64,000 bases of DNA from Dictyostelium discoideum (Eukaryota): the NCBI GenBank assembly GCA_000004695.1, contig CM000154.2:4160001-4224000 (forward strand), read 5' to 3'. Shown in pieces: positions 1 through 13,964 of this stretch. A model generated the notes under the pieces. The model did not search any database. It was not told the origin of the DNA and saw only the letters and a list, made by a program, of their open reading frames with translations. Each line of letters starts with the position of its first letter. Position 1 is the first letter of the stretch. The position numbers and the translations under genes were made by a program.

Positions 1-3000
1 TCTACAATTAATTCATCATTTGAATTTGATAAATCTGGACTAATCATTTGTTGTTGTTGATGTAAAGATGATGAGGATGATCTTTCTTTATAAGATTCTC
101 TTAATTGTAATTCAAGATCACTAATAATTTGTGATTTTTCTATTAATAAATTATCTTTTTCAGATAATTGATTTGTAATTAAATTTAATTGTGATTGAAT
201 TTCATTAAAACCTTCTTTTGATAATGAATGAATTTCATTATCTTTTTCATTAATTTTTAAATGAGCATTTGTTAATCTTTCATTTAATGATTTAACTAAA
301 TCTTTTTGATCATTAATTTCATTTAAACTTTCATCATAATCATTTATCATTTCATTTAATTCTTGTTCTTTTTCTGATAATTTCTCTGAAATTAATTTAA
401 TCTCTTCTTTTAATTCATTAATATCATCATTTTTTTCATTAACTGTATCTTTTTCTAAATTTAATTCATTTTCTAAATCTTGTAATTTTTCTTTTAATTC
501 TTCAATTAATTGTATATTTTCTTCATTATTATTATCATTATCATTATTGATATTTATTTCTTTTTCTTTTTCATTTAATTGATTATTAATATCAATTATT
601 TTATTATTTTGATTTTCAATTTCTTGATCTTTTTCAATTAATTTTAATTGTAATTGATTTAATTCATTTTCTTTTTCACTAAATTGATGATTTACATCAA
701 TGATTTGTGAATTTAAATCTAATATTTTATTATTTTTTTCTTCTAATTCTTGTTCTAAATTTTCAAATTTACTTTGTTGATCTTTTGATAATGATTCATT
801 AGTTTGAATTAATTCATTAATTTTATTATCTTTTTCATTAATTTCATTTAGTTTTTCATTTAATTTTGACTGTAATTCATCTAGTGATGATTGATTATTT
901 TCAATTAATTGATTAATTTCATTTTGTTTTTCATTTAAATTTGATTGTAATTCATCTAATGATGATTGATTATTTTCAGTTATTTGATCGATTTCATTTT
1001 GTTTTTCATTTAATTTTGATTGTAATTGATTAAGTTTTTCATCTCTTTCAATTATTGAAGATTCAAATGATTTTAATTGATTTTCTTTTTCTTGTAATTG
1101 ATCAGATAATTGAATTAATTTTGATTGTAATTCATCAGAAGATGATTCATTATTTTCAACTAATTCATTAATTTTATTTTGTTTTTCATTTAATTTTGAT
1201 TGTAATTCATTAATTTCTTGATGTTTTTCGTTTAATTTTGATTGTAATTCATCAGAGGATGATTGATTATTTTCAATTAATAGATTAATTTCATTTTGTT
1301 TTTCATTTAATTTTGATTGTAATTCATTAGAAGATGATTGATTATTTTCAATTAATTCATTAATTTCATTTTGTTTTTCATTTAATTTTGATTGTAATTC
1401 ATCCAATGAATCTTGATTTGATTTAGTTAATTGAACAAGTTTTTCTTGATTTTCAATGATTATTGAATCTAATGATTTTAATTTTTCATCTTTTTCTTTT
1501 AATTCATCAGATAATTGAATTAATTTTGATTGTAATTCATCAGAAGATGATTCATTATTTTCAATTAATTCATTTAATTTTGATTGTAATTCACTAATTT
1601 CTTGATGTTTTTCATTTAATTTTGATTGTAATTCATCAGATGATGATTGATTATTTTCAATTAATTGATTAATTTCATTTTGTTTTTCATTTAATTTCGA
1701 TTGTAATTCATCTAATGATGATTGATTATTTTCAATTAATTGATTAATATTAATTTCTTTTTCATTTAATTTCGATTGTAATTCATTGACTGTAACTTGA
1801 TTAGATTGAATTAATTGATCAAGTTTATCTTGATTTTCAATGATTGAAGTTTCTAATGATCTTACATTTTCATTTTTATCTTTTAATTCATCAGATAATT
1901 TAATTAATTTTGAATTTAATTCATCAGATGATGATTGATTATTTTCAATTAATTCATTAATTTTATTTTGATTTTCATTTAAATTTGATTGTAATTCATT
2001 GATTATAGATTGATTATTTAAAAGTTTTTCATCTTTTTCTTGTAATTGATCAGATAATTGAATTAATTTTGATTGTAATTCATCAGATGATGATTCATTA
2101 TTTTCAACTAATTCATTAATTTTATCTTGTTTTTCATTTAAATTATCTTGTAATTGATCAATTTTTTCATCTCTTTCAATGATTGAAGATTCTAATGATT
2201 TTAATTTTTCATCTTTTTCTTGTAATTTATCAGATAATTGATTTAATTTTAATTTTAATTCATCAGATGATGATTGATTATTTTCAATTAATTCATTAAT
2301 TTTATTTTGATTTTCATTTAAATTTGATTGTAATTCATTGATTACAGATTGATTATTTAAAAGTTTTTCATCTTTTTCTTGTAATTCATCAGATAATTGA
2401 TTTAATTTTAATTTTAATTCATCAGATGATGATTCATTATTTTCAATTAATTGATTAAGTTGATTATCCTTTGAAATTAATTGATTTTCTTTTTCATTTA
2501 ATTTATTATTAATTTCTAAAATTTGATTTTCTTTATCTTGTAATTTATTTGATAATTGATTAATATCATTTAATTTTTCAAGTAATTCATTAGAGATATC
2601 ATTTAATTTTAATTGTAATTGGTCAGATGATGAAGTACTATTTTCAATTTCTTTTTGTTTATCAATTGATTGTTTTGATAATTCTTGAATTTTATTATCT
2701 TTTTCATTTAATTGATTAGAAATTTTTGAAATATTATCATTTAATTCTAAAATCATTTGATTGTTTTTATTATTATCAATTTCATGTTGTTGATTTAATT
2801 GAGTTAATTGATTATCTTTTAATTGAATTTCTTTAAGTTTATCATCTACTATTGATTTTAAAGATTGAATTTCATTATTTACCAATTGTAATTTCGTTGA
2901 GAATTGATTTTTATCATTTTCTAAATCCAATTGAGATTGTTGTAATGATTGTTGAAATGATTTAACTTGTGATAAACTTTGTTGATTCATTTCATTTAAT

Positions 3001-4037
3001 TCATTTTCTTTATCTTGAATTTCCAATTGATATTGATTAATTCTTTTTTCAAATTGTTGTTTTTGTGTATCGATTAATGATTGTAAATCATTGTTTTCAT
3101 CTTTAATTTCATTTAATGATTCTTGTAATCTTTTGATATTATCCTCTAACAATTGATTAACTTTTGAATCATTTGTTGAATTTAAATTCTCAATCAATTG
3201 AATCTCTTTGATTTTTTCAGTTAATTTTAAAATTTCATTATCTTTTTTAGTTTGTTCAATCTCTGAACGATGTTCAATATCAACCAATTTCTCCACTTGT
3301 TTCTCCAATGATTTCATTGACTCGTCTTTACTTGATAGTTGTAGAGTTAGTGATTTAATTTCTTGTTCTTTTTTAGTGGTTTCTTGAATTTCAATGGTTC
3401 TTTGTTCTTCAAATTTCTTTTCTTTCTCTTGGTATCTTTTTTCAGACTCTTGATGTTTCTCATTCAAATGTTTGATTTTCTCACGAAGTTTTATTATATC
3501 ATTATCTTTGGTTTTAATTAACCCATCCAATACTTGAACTTGACTTGAATTGATTTCATGATACTTAATTGCATCTTTTATACCTTCAATCCAATAGTTT
3601 ATCTCTGTATCATTTTTAGCTCTTAATATATAAACTCTTCCTGGTACTTCAACATGAAATACAAAATTACCATCAACTTTCTTTATTGATGTAACTTGAC
3701 GAATATCTAAATATCCCAATGATAATGCTGTTGAACTTTGTGTTGATGAACTAAAACTTACATCTTTTGGTGGTGGACTTTCAAAATAATGTAAATCAAA
3801 TCCATTTTTTGCTAATGAAAAATATCTATTTTTATATGATTTATAAATTCCTTTTTCCTTTTTTTTTTTTTATTAATTATTTTGTTGGAAAAATAAAATA
3901 AAAAAAATTGGGTGTTGGTGTGGTTGGGAGAAAAAAAAAGTGAAAAAAAAAAAGTAAAAAAAAAAAAAAAGTAAAATAGTATTTTATTTTATACTCACTC
4001 CCTGTTTTTCGAGGTATCCTTCTAAAAGAATTGACAT
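1..4037 (-). CDS. PH-domain protein with very long coiled-coil rod (5' part only; the gene continues past the window start). Model: exon1 3999..4037 (MSILLEGYLEKQG), intron 3858..3998, exon2 <1..3857
   Basis: The minus-strand frame is open for more than 1,280 codons from position 3857 to the window edge. The translation is a heptad-rich repeat (…NELQSKLNEKQNEINQLIENNQSSSDELQSKL… iterated many times). The N-terminal region reads EKGIYKSYKNRYFSLAKNGFDLHYFESPPP…YILRAKNDTEINYWIEGIKDAI, which is a typical PH-domain signature. There is no in-frame ATG upstream of this block, because a TAA lies immediately 5' of it. The ORF-track entry 3984..4196(-) ends in …MSILLEGYLEKQG, followed by GTGAGT (3998..3993). 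An AG acceptor at 3859/3858 joins in frame to GAA AAA GGA…. The spliced PH-domain N-terminus is therefore MSILLEGYLEKQG|EKGIYKSYKNRYF. Confidence 0.8.
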
Positions 4038-4138
4038 TTTTTTATAATCAAAAAAAAAAAAAAAAAAAAAGAGTAGGATTACTATTCGAACAGTGAAAAA
4101 AAAAAAAAAAAAATTAAAAATAAAAAAAAAAAAAAAAA

Positions 4139-4180
<42 letters not shown>

Positions 4181-4698
4181 TTTTTCCAACTGACACATCA
4201 TATTAATCAAAAAAAAAAAAAAAAAAAAAATAAAATAAAAAAAATAAAATAAAAAAAAAAATAAAATAAAAAAAAAATAAAATAAAATAAAAATCATTTT
4301 AATTACATTTCAAAATAAAAAAAAAAAAAAATAAAAAAAAAAATAGTAATTATAAAGTTAATGTTTATTTTATTTTAATTTATTATTTTTTTGTTATGGT
4401 ATTTATAGTTTAATGTGTTGTTATTATGCAGTGATTATATTTTAATAGAATTTAATCCCAGAAAATTAAATTTTTAAATTTTTTTTTTTTTTTTTTGTAA
4501 AATTTTAATTGAGACCCAGATCCAAAAAAATTGATTTGATTAAATTAGTTTATTTTTTATTTTTCTATTTATTCAAAGTTTTATAAATTTCTTATTTCAT
4601 TTTTTATTTTATCATCTAAATTTGCTTACAAAGATTCTGCTATTCATCATTTTCTCCTTTTTTTCTTCCTTTTTTTTTTTATTTATTATTAATAATTA

Positions 4699-6145
4699 TT
4701 AATTTAATATTTGTACAGATTTATCTAATTTACAAACATCTAAAGATGATGGTTCAATATTTCTATTTAAAATAATTGTTTGAATTGTTTTTGGTATTGA
4801 TCCTTCAAATAGTTGTGTATTTACACAGCCTAAAATTAATATCCTTATGGAATTTGGAATGATTCCTGGTGTTAGTGCTTGATTAAATCCATTAAAGATA
4901 CACAAGTTGGTTACAGAATTTGGTATTGAATTCACTAATAATGCTTGTTTAATTCCTCCCAAATGTAAATCGCACACTCCATTTGTAATTATACCTGGTG
5001 ATATTATTTGATTGAAACCATCATTGAAATATAATGAATGAATCGATTTAGGAATAGAACCCTCAATCAATAAATCATTAACTTGTTTGAATTCTAATGA
5101 TTTAACACCCTCTGGTATAATACCTGCTGTAAGTAATTGGTTAAAGCCTTTATAAAAGTTTATTTTTGAAACTGTTTTTGGTATTGACCCAATTGCTAAT
5201 GGTTTTGTTATTTCCTGTAATGTTACAATTTCAACACTTTTTGGAATAATACCTGGCGTTAATGTTTGAGAGAATCCATCTTTTAGAATCAATTGTTTTA
5301 CTGACTCTGGAATTGATCCAATGTTTAGTTCACTTTTAATATTATGTAATGTTAAGTATTGCACACCTCCTGTGGGTGTATATGGCAATATATCTTCATT
5401 TTTTACCTGACAGGAAGGAATAATACCAGGTTCTAATGATTGATTAAATCCATCATGAAGTATTAAACTTGAAATAGTTGATGGTATTGATCCAACTACT
5501 AATGGTGTTTTAATATCACATATTTCTAAATATTTAATACCAAGTGGTAATACACCTGGTTCTAAACTTTCTTTAAATCCATCTAATAACATAACACTCT
5601 TTAAATTAGGTTCTGATTTAAATTTTAATAAACTACCACAATCTTCTCCGAATGCAATTGCTTCTTTATCTTTATAGTTTGAAAATTCACATTTCTCTGA
5701 ATGTATATAATATTTCCCATACCTACCTATTTTTATAAAAATTTAATATCTATACCATAATAATTACATTTTTTTAATTTCAATTTAAACACTTACTCCT
5801 TATAAATTTAAAATTATTTTCATCGAATTCAATGTTTAGTTTTTTATTTTTATTGTTCTCTATAATATTATCAAATTTATAAATTAATTTTAAAATATTT
5901 TTAATATCATCTATTTTTTGATTATTGAATAGTATTGATTGATTTTTATATTCTTTTAATTTATTTATATTATCAAAATTATTATTATTATTTACTATTA
6001 TTGATGATTGTTGATATTTTTTAATTAATTGATAAATTTCTTCATTTTCAAGCCAGTTATAAATTTGATTTTCATCATAATTTTGTAAGTCAGGATCATT
6101 GAGATTATCCAATTTATAACTTATTGATTCTATATTAATACCCCA

Positions 6146-6198
<53 letters not shown>

Positions 6199-6676
6199 TA
6201 TTATTGTTATTATCATTATCATTATTATTTTTGATTGATGAATTAATAGTAGTATTAATTGATGTATTTTGATCAAATGTTGTTTTTAATTGCTTTTCAA
6301 TATCTAATTGAATAATTTGAAGTATTTTATGAAATTTATTAAATTCATCTGTTATTAAGTTTTTATTATTTTCATATTGTTGTTTTATTTCATTATAAAT
6401 ATTTTCAGATTCATTGATTATTTGTTTATCATTTTCTATTGTTTCTTTTAATTTTGGAATGATATCATTTTTAAATAAATTCATCATTTTGAGAATATTT
6501 GATGTTTCCATTGAATCTATAGAATTTGTTTTATGACCATAGTGTTCACCATCTTGAGAAATACATTGATTACAACATGGAATTAATTTACAATCCAAAC
6601 ATAAAAGTTTTATTTTTTTATTTGTATGATGTGTACATTTGTTATTGTTACTATCTAATATTATATCATTATTCAT
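4699..6676 (-). CDS. B-box-type zinc finger plus FNIP-repeat protein, copy A. Model: exon1 5797..6676, intron 5727..5796 (GTAAGT…ATAG), exon2 4699..5726
   Basis: ORF 5780..6676(-) begins [49 protein letters not shown], which has B-box-like Cys/His spacing, and carries Asn-rich linkers. ORF 4699..5592(-) consists of about 12 FNIP repeats (…GSIPxSxxxLxFxxGFNQxLxPGIIP…). A GTAAGT sits exactly at the last codons of the upstream ORF (plus-strand acttac at 5791..5796). The FNIP reading frame stays open about 45 codons upstream of its first ATG. An ATAG acceptor (AG at 5728/5727) joins the two in phase as …NFKFIR|[37 protein letters not shown]…VMLLDGF. An alternative acceptor at 5697 is also in phase. 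Confidence 0.75.
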
Positions 6677-6794
6677 TTTTAATTTTATTTGTTTTTGAAA
6701 AATAAAAAAAATAAAATAAACTAATGGGAATGTGTGAAAGGAAAGTGTTGTTGAATTTTTTTATTTTTTGTTATGGGATTAATAGTTTAATGTG

Positions 6795-6816
6795 TTGTTA
6801 TTGCTCAGTGGTAGAG
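6795..6816 (+). other. tRNA-derived fragment (D-arm only: GCTCAGTGGTAGAGC). This is not an intact tRNA gene
   Basis: The sequence ttgctcagtggtagagcttta matches the canonical tRNA D-stem/D-loop (GCTC-AGTGGTA-GAGC). The downstream sequence is AT-rich with no anticodon or T-arm, and no GGTTCGAATCC box is present. It lies inside a ~45-bp element that is also present at 4396..4440 (ttgttatggNattNatagtttaatgtgttgttatt), so it belongs to the duplicated unit. Confidence 0.45.
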
Positions 6817-6869
6817 CTTTAATTTTTTATTGAAAAAAAAAAAATGGAAAAGTGTGGGTGTGGGAAATT

Positions 6870-7325
6870 TGTTATTAAAAAAAAAGTTAGAAATTTTACT
6901 GTTTTATGAGAAATTATTCTTCTTGCATTTTAAGAAAAGATATTATAATTTAATAAAATTTCTAACAAACTAATATCAATTATTAAAAAATAATTAATTA
7001 TATTTTATTATTAATTATCATAAAATAATAAAAAAGAATCTGGTCAATTATAAAAATTTAAAATTAATCAAAAATTAATATTATTAAAATTGAATAATTC
7101 ATTTGTCGTTAAATTTTAAAAAATTAATTTATTTACCATATTGTGAGAAATTATACTATTGTAATTTCTCATTTTTTAAAACAAAATACTATAATTTAAT
7201 AAATTACTATACAATTAATAATAAATAAAATATAATACAATTGTAATTTATCATTTTTTAAAACATAAAACTAAAATTTAATATACAATACAATTAATAA
7301 TAAATAAAATATCACATATTATTAA
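6870..7325. repeat. Local tandem repeats of ~70 bp (gagaaattat…ttttaaaacaNaatactataatttaataaa…caattaataataaataaaata) in the intergenic spacer between duplicated genes
   Basis: Three to four degenerate copies are visible by eye (6870..6960, 7137..7205, 7206..7262, 7263..7320). They are absent from the corresponding position of the other duplicate unit. Confidence 0.55.
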
Positions 7326-7404
7326 AAATTATAATGAAATGATGGTGTATAATAAATATTTTAATAAGAATTTTAATTTTTTTTAAATAATAGTTTTTTA
7401 TTTA

Positions 7405-9617
<2,213 letters not shown>

Positions 9618-9879
9618 TTTTAATTTTATTTGTTTTTGAAAAAAATAATAAAAAATAAAAAAAATAAAAAAATTTTAAAAAATAAAAAAAATTAATTTTT
9701 TTTGTAAAATTTTAAGTGAAAATATGCTATAAAATCTGGATCTTAAAAAACTAAAAAAAATTGATTTGGAATATTTTTTTTTTTTTTTTAATTTCAAACC
9801 AACTAAAATACCAATAACAACAGAAACAAGATCATCAAAATTAAATAAAAATTAAAAATTAAATTACCATATGGTATAT

Positions 9880-10190
9880 TTATATAATCTATCAAAACCA
9901 AATAACTGTGCCTATTCATATGCGGTTTGGTGACATAATTTGGTATTGAACTAACTACTAATGGTTGTTTAATTTCTCCTAAATATAACTCCCTCACTCC
10001 ATTAGTTATTATACCTGGTGATATTTTTTGATTGAAACCGTCACTGAATAAATCGACCTTTTGGGAATTGAACCCCTTTAATGTTTGAGAGAATCCATTT
10101 TTTAGTGTCAATTCGAATACTGACTCTGGAATTGATCAAATGTTTACCTCACTTTTAATATTATGTAATGTTAAGTGCCTTACGCCTCCA
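9880..10190 (-). pseudogene. Truncated, degenerate FNIP-repeat gene fragment (third copy of the duplicated unit)
   Basis: ORF 9803..10111(-) retains FNIP-repeat remnants ([34 protein letters not shown]). Nucleotide alignment to 7630..8100 shows an internal deletion of about 200 bp and in-frame stops. It has no B-box partner and no start codon. Confidence 0.6.
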
Positions 10191-10861
10191 TAACGAATAA
10201 TAATAAAAAAAACATAAATAAAAAAAAAAAATTAGAAAAAAACTAAAAAAAAAAAATAAAATATTAAAAAAAACATTTTAATCATTTTTTTTGATCTGAA
10301 GTTATGTTACTATTCACAACCAAATTTATTTTTTTTTTTTTTTTGATTTCTCATTAACGTTTTCAAAAAAAAAAAATAAAAAAATAAAAAAATAAAAAAA
10401 AAATAATAAAAATAAAAAAAAATGGTTTGAAGATTTTTACAATCCCATTGATCCGTTTTGCTTTTTTTTTAATTTTTTTTTTTAAAATTTTTGATTTCTT
10501 TTCTGACCCAGTTTGACATTTTATTTTTTTTTTTTTTTCTTTTTTTTTTTTTTTCACATTCTTATTAGTTTGTATAATTATATAAACAAACCCAATAAAC
10601 TAATTTTAATATTGCATCCCTCATTTAAATAAATGTGTGGCAAACTCAAAAAAAAAAAAAATAAAAATAAAAATAATAAATAAATAAAAATAAAAATAAA
10701 AATAAAAATAAAAATAAAAATAAAAAAAAATAAAAATAAAAAAAAATAATCAAATAAAAAAAACATAAAAAAAAAAAATAAATAATTTCATTCTTTTAAT
10801 AGAACACACAAACATTCTTTAGAACAAAAAAAAAAAAAAATTAAAATAATAAAGCCAAAAC

Positions 10862-10904
<43 letters not shown>

Positions 10905-10907
<3 letters not shown>

Positions 10908-11717
10908 AAATTTGGTAAATACCTCGAAAGCCAGGTGGAGGCAAGTATCTGATTTTTTTTTATTTTTTTTATTTTTATTTTTTATATTTTTTTTTTTTCT
11001 ATTTTTCTATTTTTATATTTTTCTATTTTTATAATTTTCTATTTTTATAATTTTCTATTTTTATATTTTTTTTTTTAATAATTTTATCATACCATACTAA
11101 TAAATTAAAAATCATAACAGTCAACATGGTCAGATCGTTATGTTGATTATAAAGGAATTAGAAAATCATTAAAAAGGTTTAAAAGTGAAATTGAATCATT
11201 AAATATACATATAAGTGAATTAAAAGCATATAATTTAAATAATGCAACCTCAAAAATCAATTCAAAACAACCAAGTCCAACAACAGCAACTGCAACAACA
11301 ACAACAATTGGTATTAGTAGTAGTAATGGTGGTAGTAATTTATTAAGAAATAGTATATCAACAAGTAAATTCATGAACTTATCACAAACACCACTTGGAT
11401 CATCAACACCAATGCCAAGTGACCAAATTACAGCAATCAATACAAGTAAATCAATATTAGAATCTATGGAACAACTTAAAGAGATTCAAGATAGGTTAGT
11501 TAAATCTTTAACTGATGAAGTATCAAAAGTAAATGATTTCTATATGGAAAGAGAAAAAGAAGCACAAGAAAGATTTGATAAATTAAAAATTCAAGTACCA
11601 TTATATTTAAAATCAAAAGAGAAACAAAGAAGAGAAAATGAAAAAGAATTAAATGATCATGATGAACTTTTATCATATTCTGAATCTTACCATTATTCAA
11701 AGAAAAAGAATAAATTA

Positions 11718-11767
<50 letters not shown>

Positions 11768-11954
11768 AACTTCACCACCACCATTATCACATGACCAACA
11801 ACACTTACAACAACCAGAAATTAAAAGAATTAATCAACATCATGCTGTATTAAATTTAACACCAATTAAAAGTACACCATTATCACCAAAACAACAAGAT
11901 GGTTCATCAAAGAAAGAAGTTAAAATTAGTTTATTATCATCACCAATTTTAGAG

Positions 11955-11985
<31 letters not shown>

Positions 11986-13877
11986 ATAATATTCATGATC
12001 AAGATCCTGAAGTCATTGAAATGGCAACAGTTTATCATTATGATGAAGATGAATTGGAAGAGGTTTTATCTGATAATTGTAATGATAATGGTGCAAGTGA
12101 TGAATTTAATGGTAGTGTTAATAATAATGGTGCTGGTAGTGGTGGTGGTGGTAATAATAATAGTTCAAGTGAATTAAATTTAACATTTGATATAATTGGT
12201 AGTAAAATTAGTAAAAGTTTAAAAGAAATTAGTACACATGTTGTTAAACCAACAACAACATTTTTTCAACCACTTGGTGATAGAGCAAAGAGATTTATGT
12301 CAATGGGTAAACAAAAGAGTGATGAAGCATTGTTGAAAGAGGCATTTAGAGAGTATTATCATTTTTTAGTGATTTTAAAGAATTATCAAGTTATAAATTA
12401 TACTGGTTTTGTAAAGATTATTAAAAAGTCTGAAAAGAATACAGGTCTTTCAATAGGGTCACAAGTGATGTCATTTATTGAATCTCAACAATTTAGACAG
12501 TCTAAAAAGATTGAACGTTTGACATCATCAATTGAAAAGATTCATTCAGAGTTATTTAATAATGGTAAGATTAGAGATGCAAGAAAACAATTACGTAACT
12601 CTGAACATGTTTCACAACAGTCACCAACTATATCAAACTTTTTCAGTGGTGTTTGTGCAGGTTGGACTAGCGCATTGTTGATGTTGATTTACTACTTTAT
12701 CTACACCAAGGAGTTTGACGATTTCGTCAGGTTCTCTTCGATTTACAATGTTTACAGTGCGTTTGGGTTGGTGCTGCTGTGGGCGTTCATATTCGGTATA
12801 GATTGCTGGGTTTGGACGAAATCGCATGTTCATTACAGTTTTATATTTGAATTGTCAAAAAATAAATTCAACCATGTTAAAATATTTCAAGCGGTGACTC
12901 TATTGTCAGTGATGTGGATTACGAGTATTGGTGTATACATGTGGCAGTCGGTGAGTGGTGATGACTTTCCATTCCCATTCGTGCCACCGGAATATAACCC
13001 ATTGGTATTGTTTGGTGCGTATATGTTGATATTGGTTTGTCCATTCAATATCTTTCAATTGTCTGTTAGAAAATGGTTTTTAAATACAGTGTTTAGGGTA
13101 TTGACTGCACCAATTAAGTCTGTTAAATTCAAGGATTTCTTTATGGGTGACCAGTTGAGTAGTTTAGTATTGATGATTGTCCAATTCGCTCAGTTTGTTT
13201 GTTTTTACACTTATGATGTTTACAGACCTGAGCATAGTGGAGGGTGTATTCGATATGCACGTTATTTCAATCCATTCATATCTGGTTTACCAGCATATTG
13301 CCGTCTAATGCAATGTTTCAGACGTTACTATGACAGTTATGACAGCACCACTGGTAAGGGTGACACTGTACATCTCAGAAATGCCGTTAAATATTCATTA
13401 TCAATTGTAGTGGTGGTTTGCTCAACTTTGGATGGTTTCTTCTCTGGTGACAGTGGTTGGCATTCACCATATAGATTAATTTGGGTAGTTGCAGGTGTAT
13501 CGAATTCAATGTATTCCTATTGGTGGGATTTAATATGTGATTGGAGTATTGTAGTTAGACCAAAAGGTCAACATTGGAACCCATTCAAATGGACTCTTAG
13601 AAAGAGAAGAATGTATCAACCTACCTTTGTTTACTATTTTGCAATCTTTTCAAATCTTGGATTTAGAACAACTTGGACCTTTACAAAATCATTACCACAA
13701 TTAACAAACATTTTACCATCTTATAAATTAGTTGTCGTAATTGGTATTATTGAAATCCTAAGAAGAGGTCAATGGAATATTTTTAGATTAGAAAATGAAC
13801 ATTTAAATAATTGTGGTAAATTTAGAGTAACAAGAGAAATACCATTACCCTATCAAATTAGAGATAATGAAAATTAA
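10905..13877 (+). CDS. SPX and EXS domain protein (XPR1/PHO1/SYG1 family, phosphate-export/sensing type). Model: exon1 10905..10940, intron 10941..11120 (GC-AG), exon2 11121..13877
   Basis: Exon 1 (ATG AAA TTT GGT AAA TAC CTC GAA AGC CAG GTG GAG) encodes MKFGKYLESQVE, which is the hallmark SPX start (MKFGK.L). The reading frame of ORF 11373..13877 is open back to the AG at 11119/11120. It encodes STWSDRYVDYKGIRKSLKRF, matching the W-x-D-x-Y-[IV]-D-Y-K SPX motif. The C-terminal half has multiple TM helices and the EXS region (…LSVRKWFLNTVFRVL…WDLICDWS…). The only phase-0 donors available are GCAAGT (after GAG) or a weak GTGGAG. Confidence 0.8.
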
Positions 13878-13964
13878 ATAAATAAATAAATAAATAACAA
13901 CACATATATTTTTTTATTTTATTTTTTTTATTTTTTTTTTATTTTATTTATTTATTATTATTTT

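Noticed and set aside
1-3857. Naming the coiled-coil gene as a specific known cytoskeletal protein (for example an interaptin-like protein)
   Set aside because: The N-terminus is a PH domain, not calponin-homology actin-binding domains. The repeat unit is generic coiled coil. No safe name can be given without a database search.
3984-4196. ORF-track 70-aa ORF (poly-Phe) as a gene
   Set aside because: Most of it is the translation of a poly(A)/poly(T) promoter tract. Only its last 13 codons (MSILLEGYLEKQG) are real, forming exon 1 of the PH-domain gene.
6795-6816. Intact tRNA gene
   Set aside because: Only the D-arm is present. There is no anticodon stem, T-arm or B-box (GGTTCGANTCC), and no terminator T-run in position.
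11147-11440. 97-aa minus-strand ORF overlapping the SPX exon
   Set aside because: It is antisense to a well-supported SPX-domain coding exon. It is hydrophobic junk with no start context.
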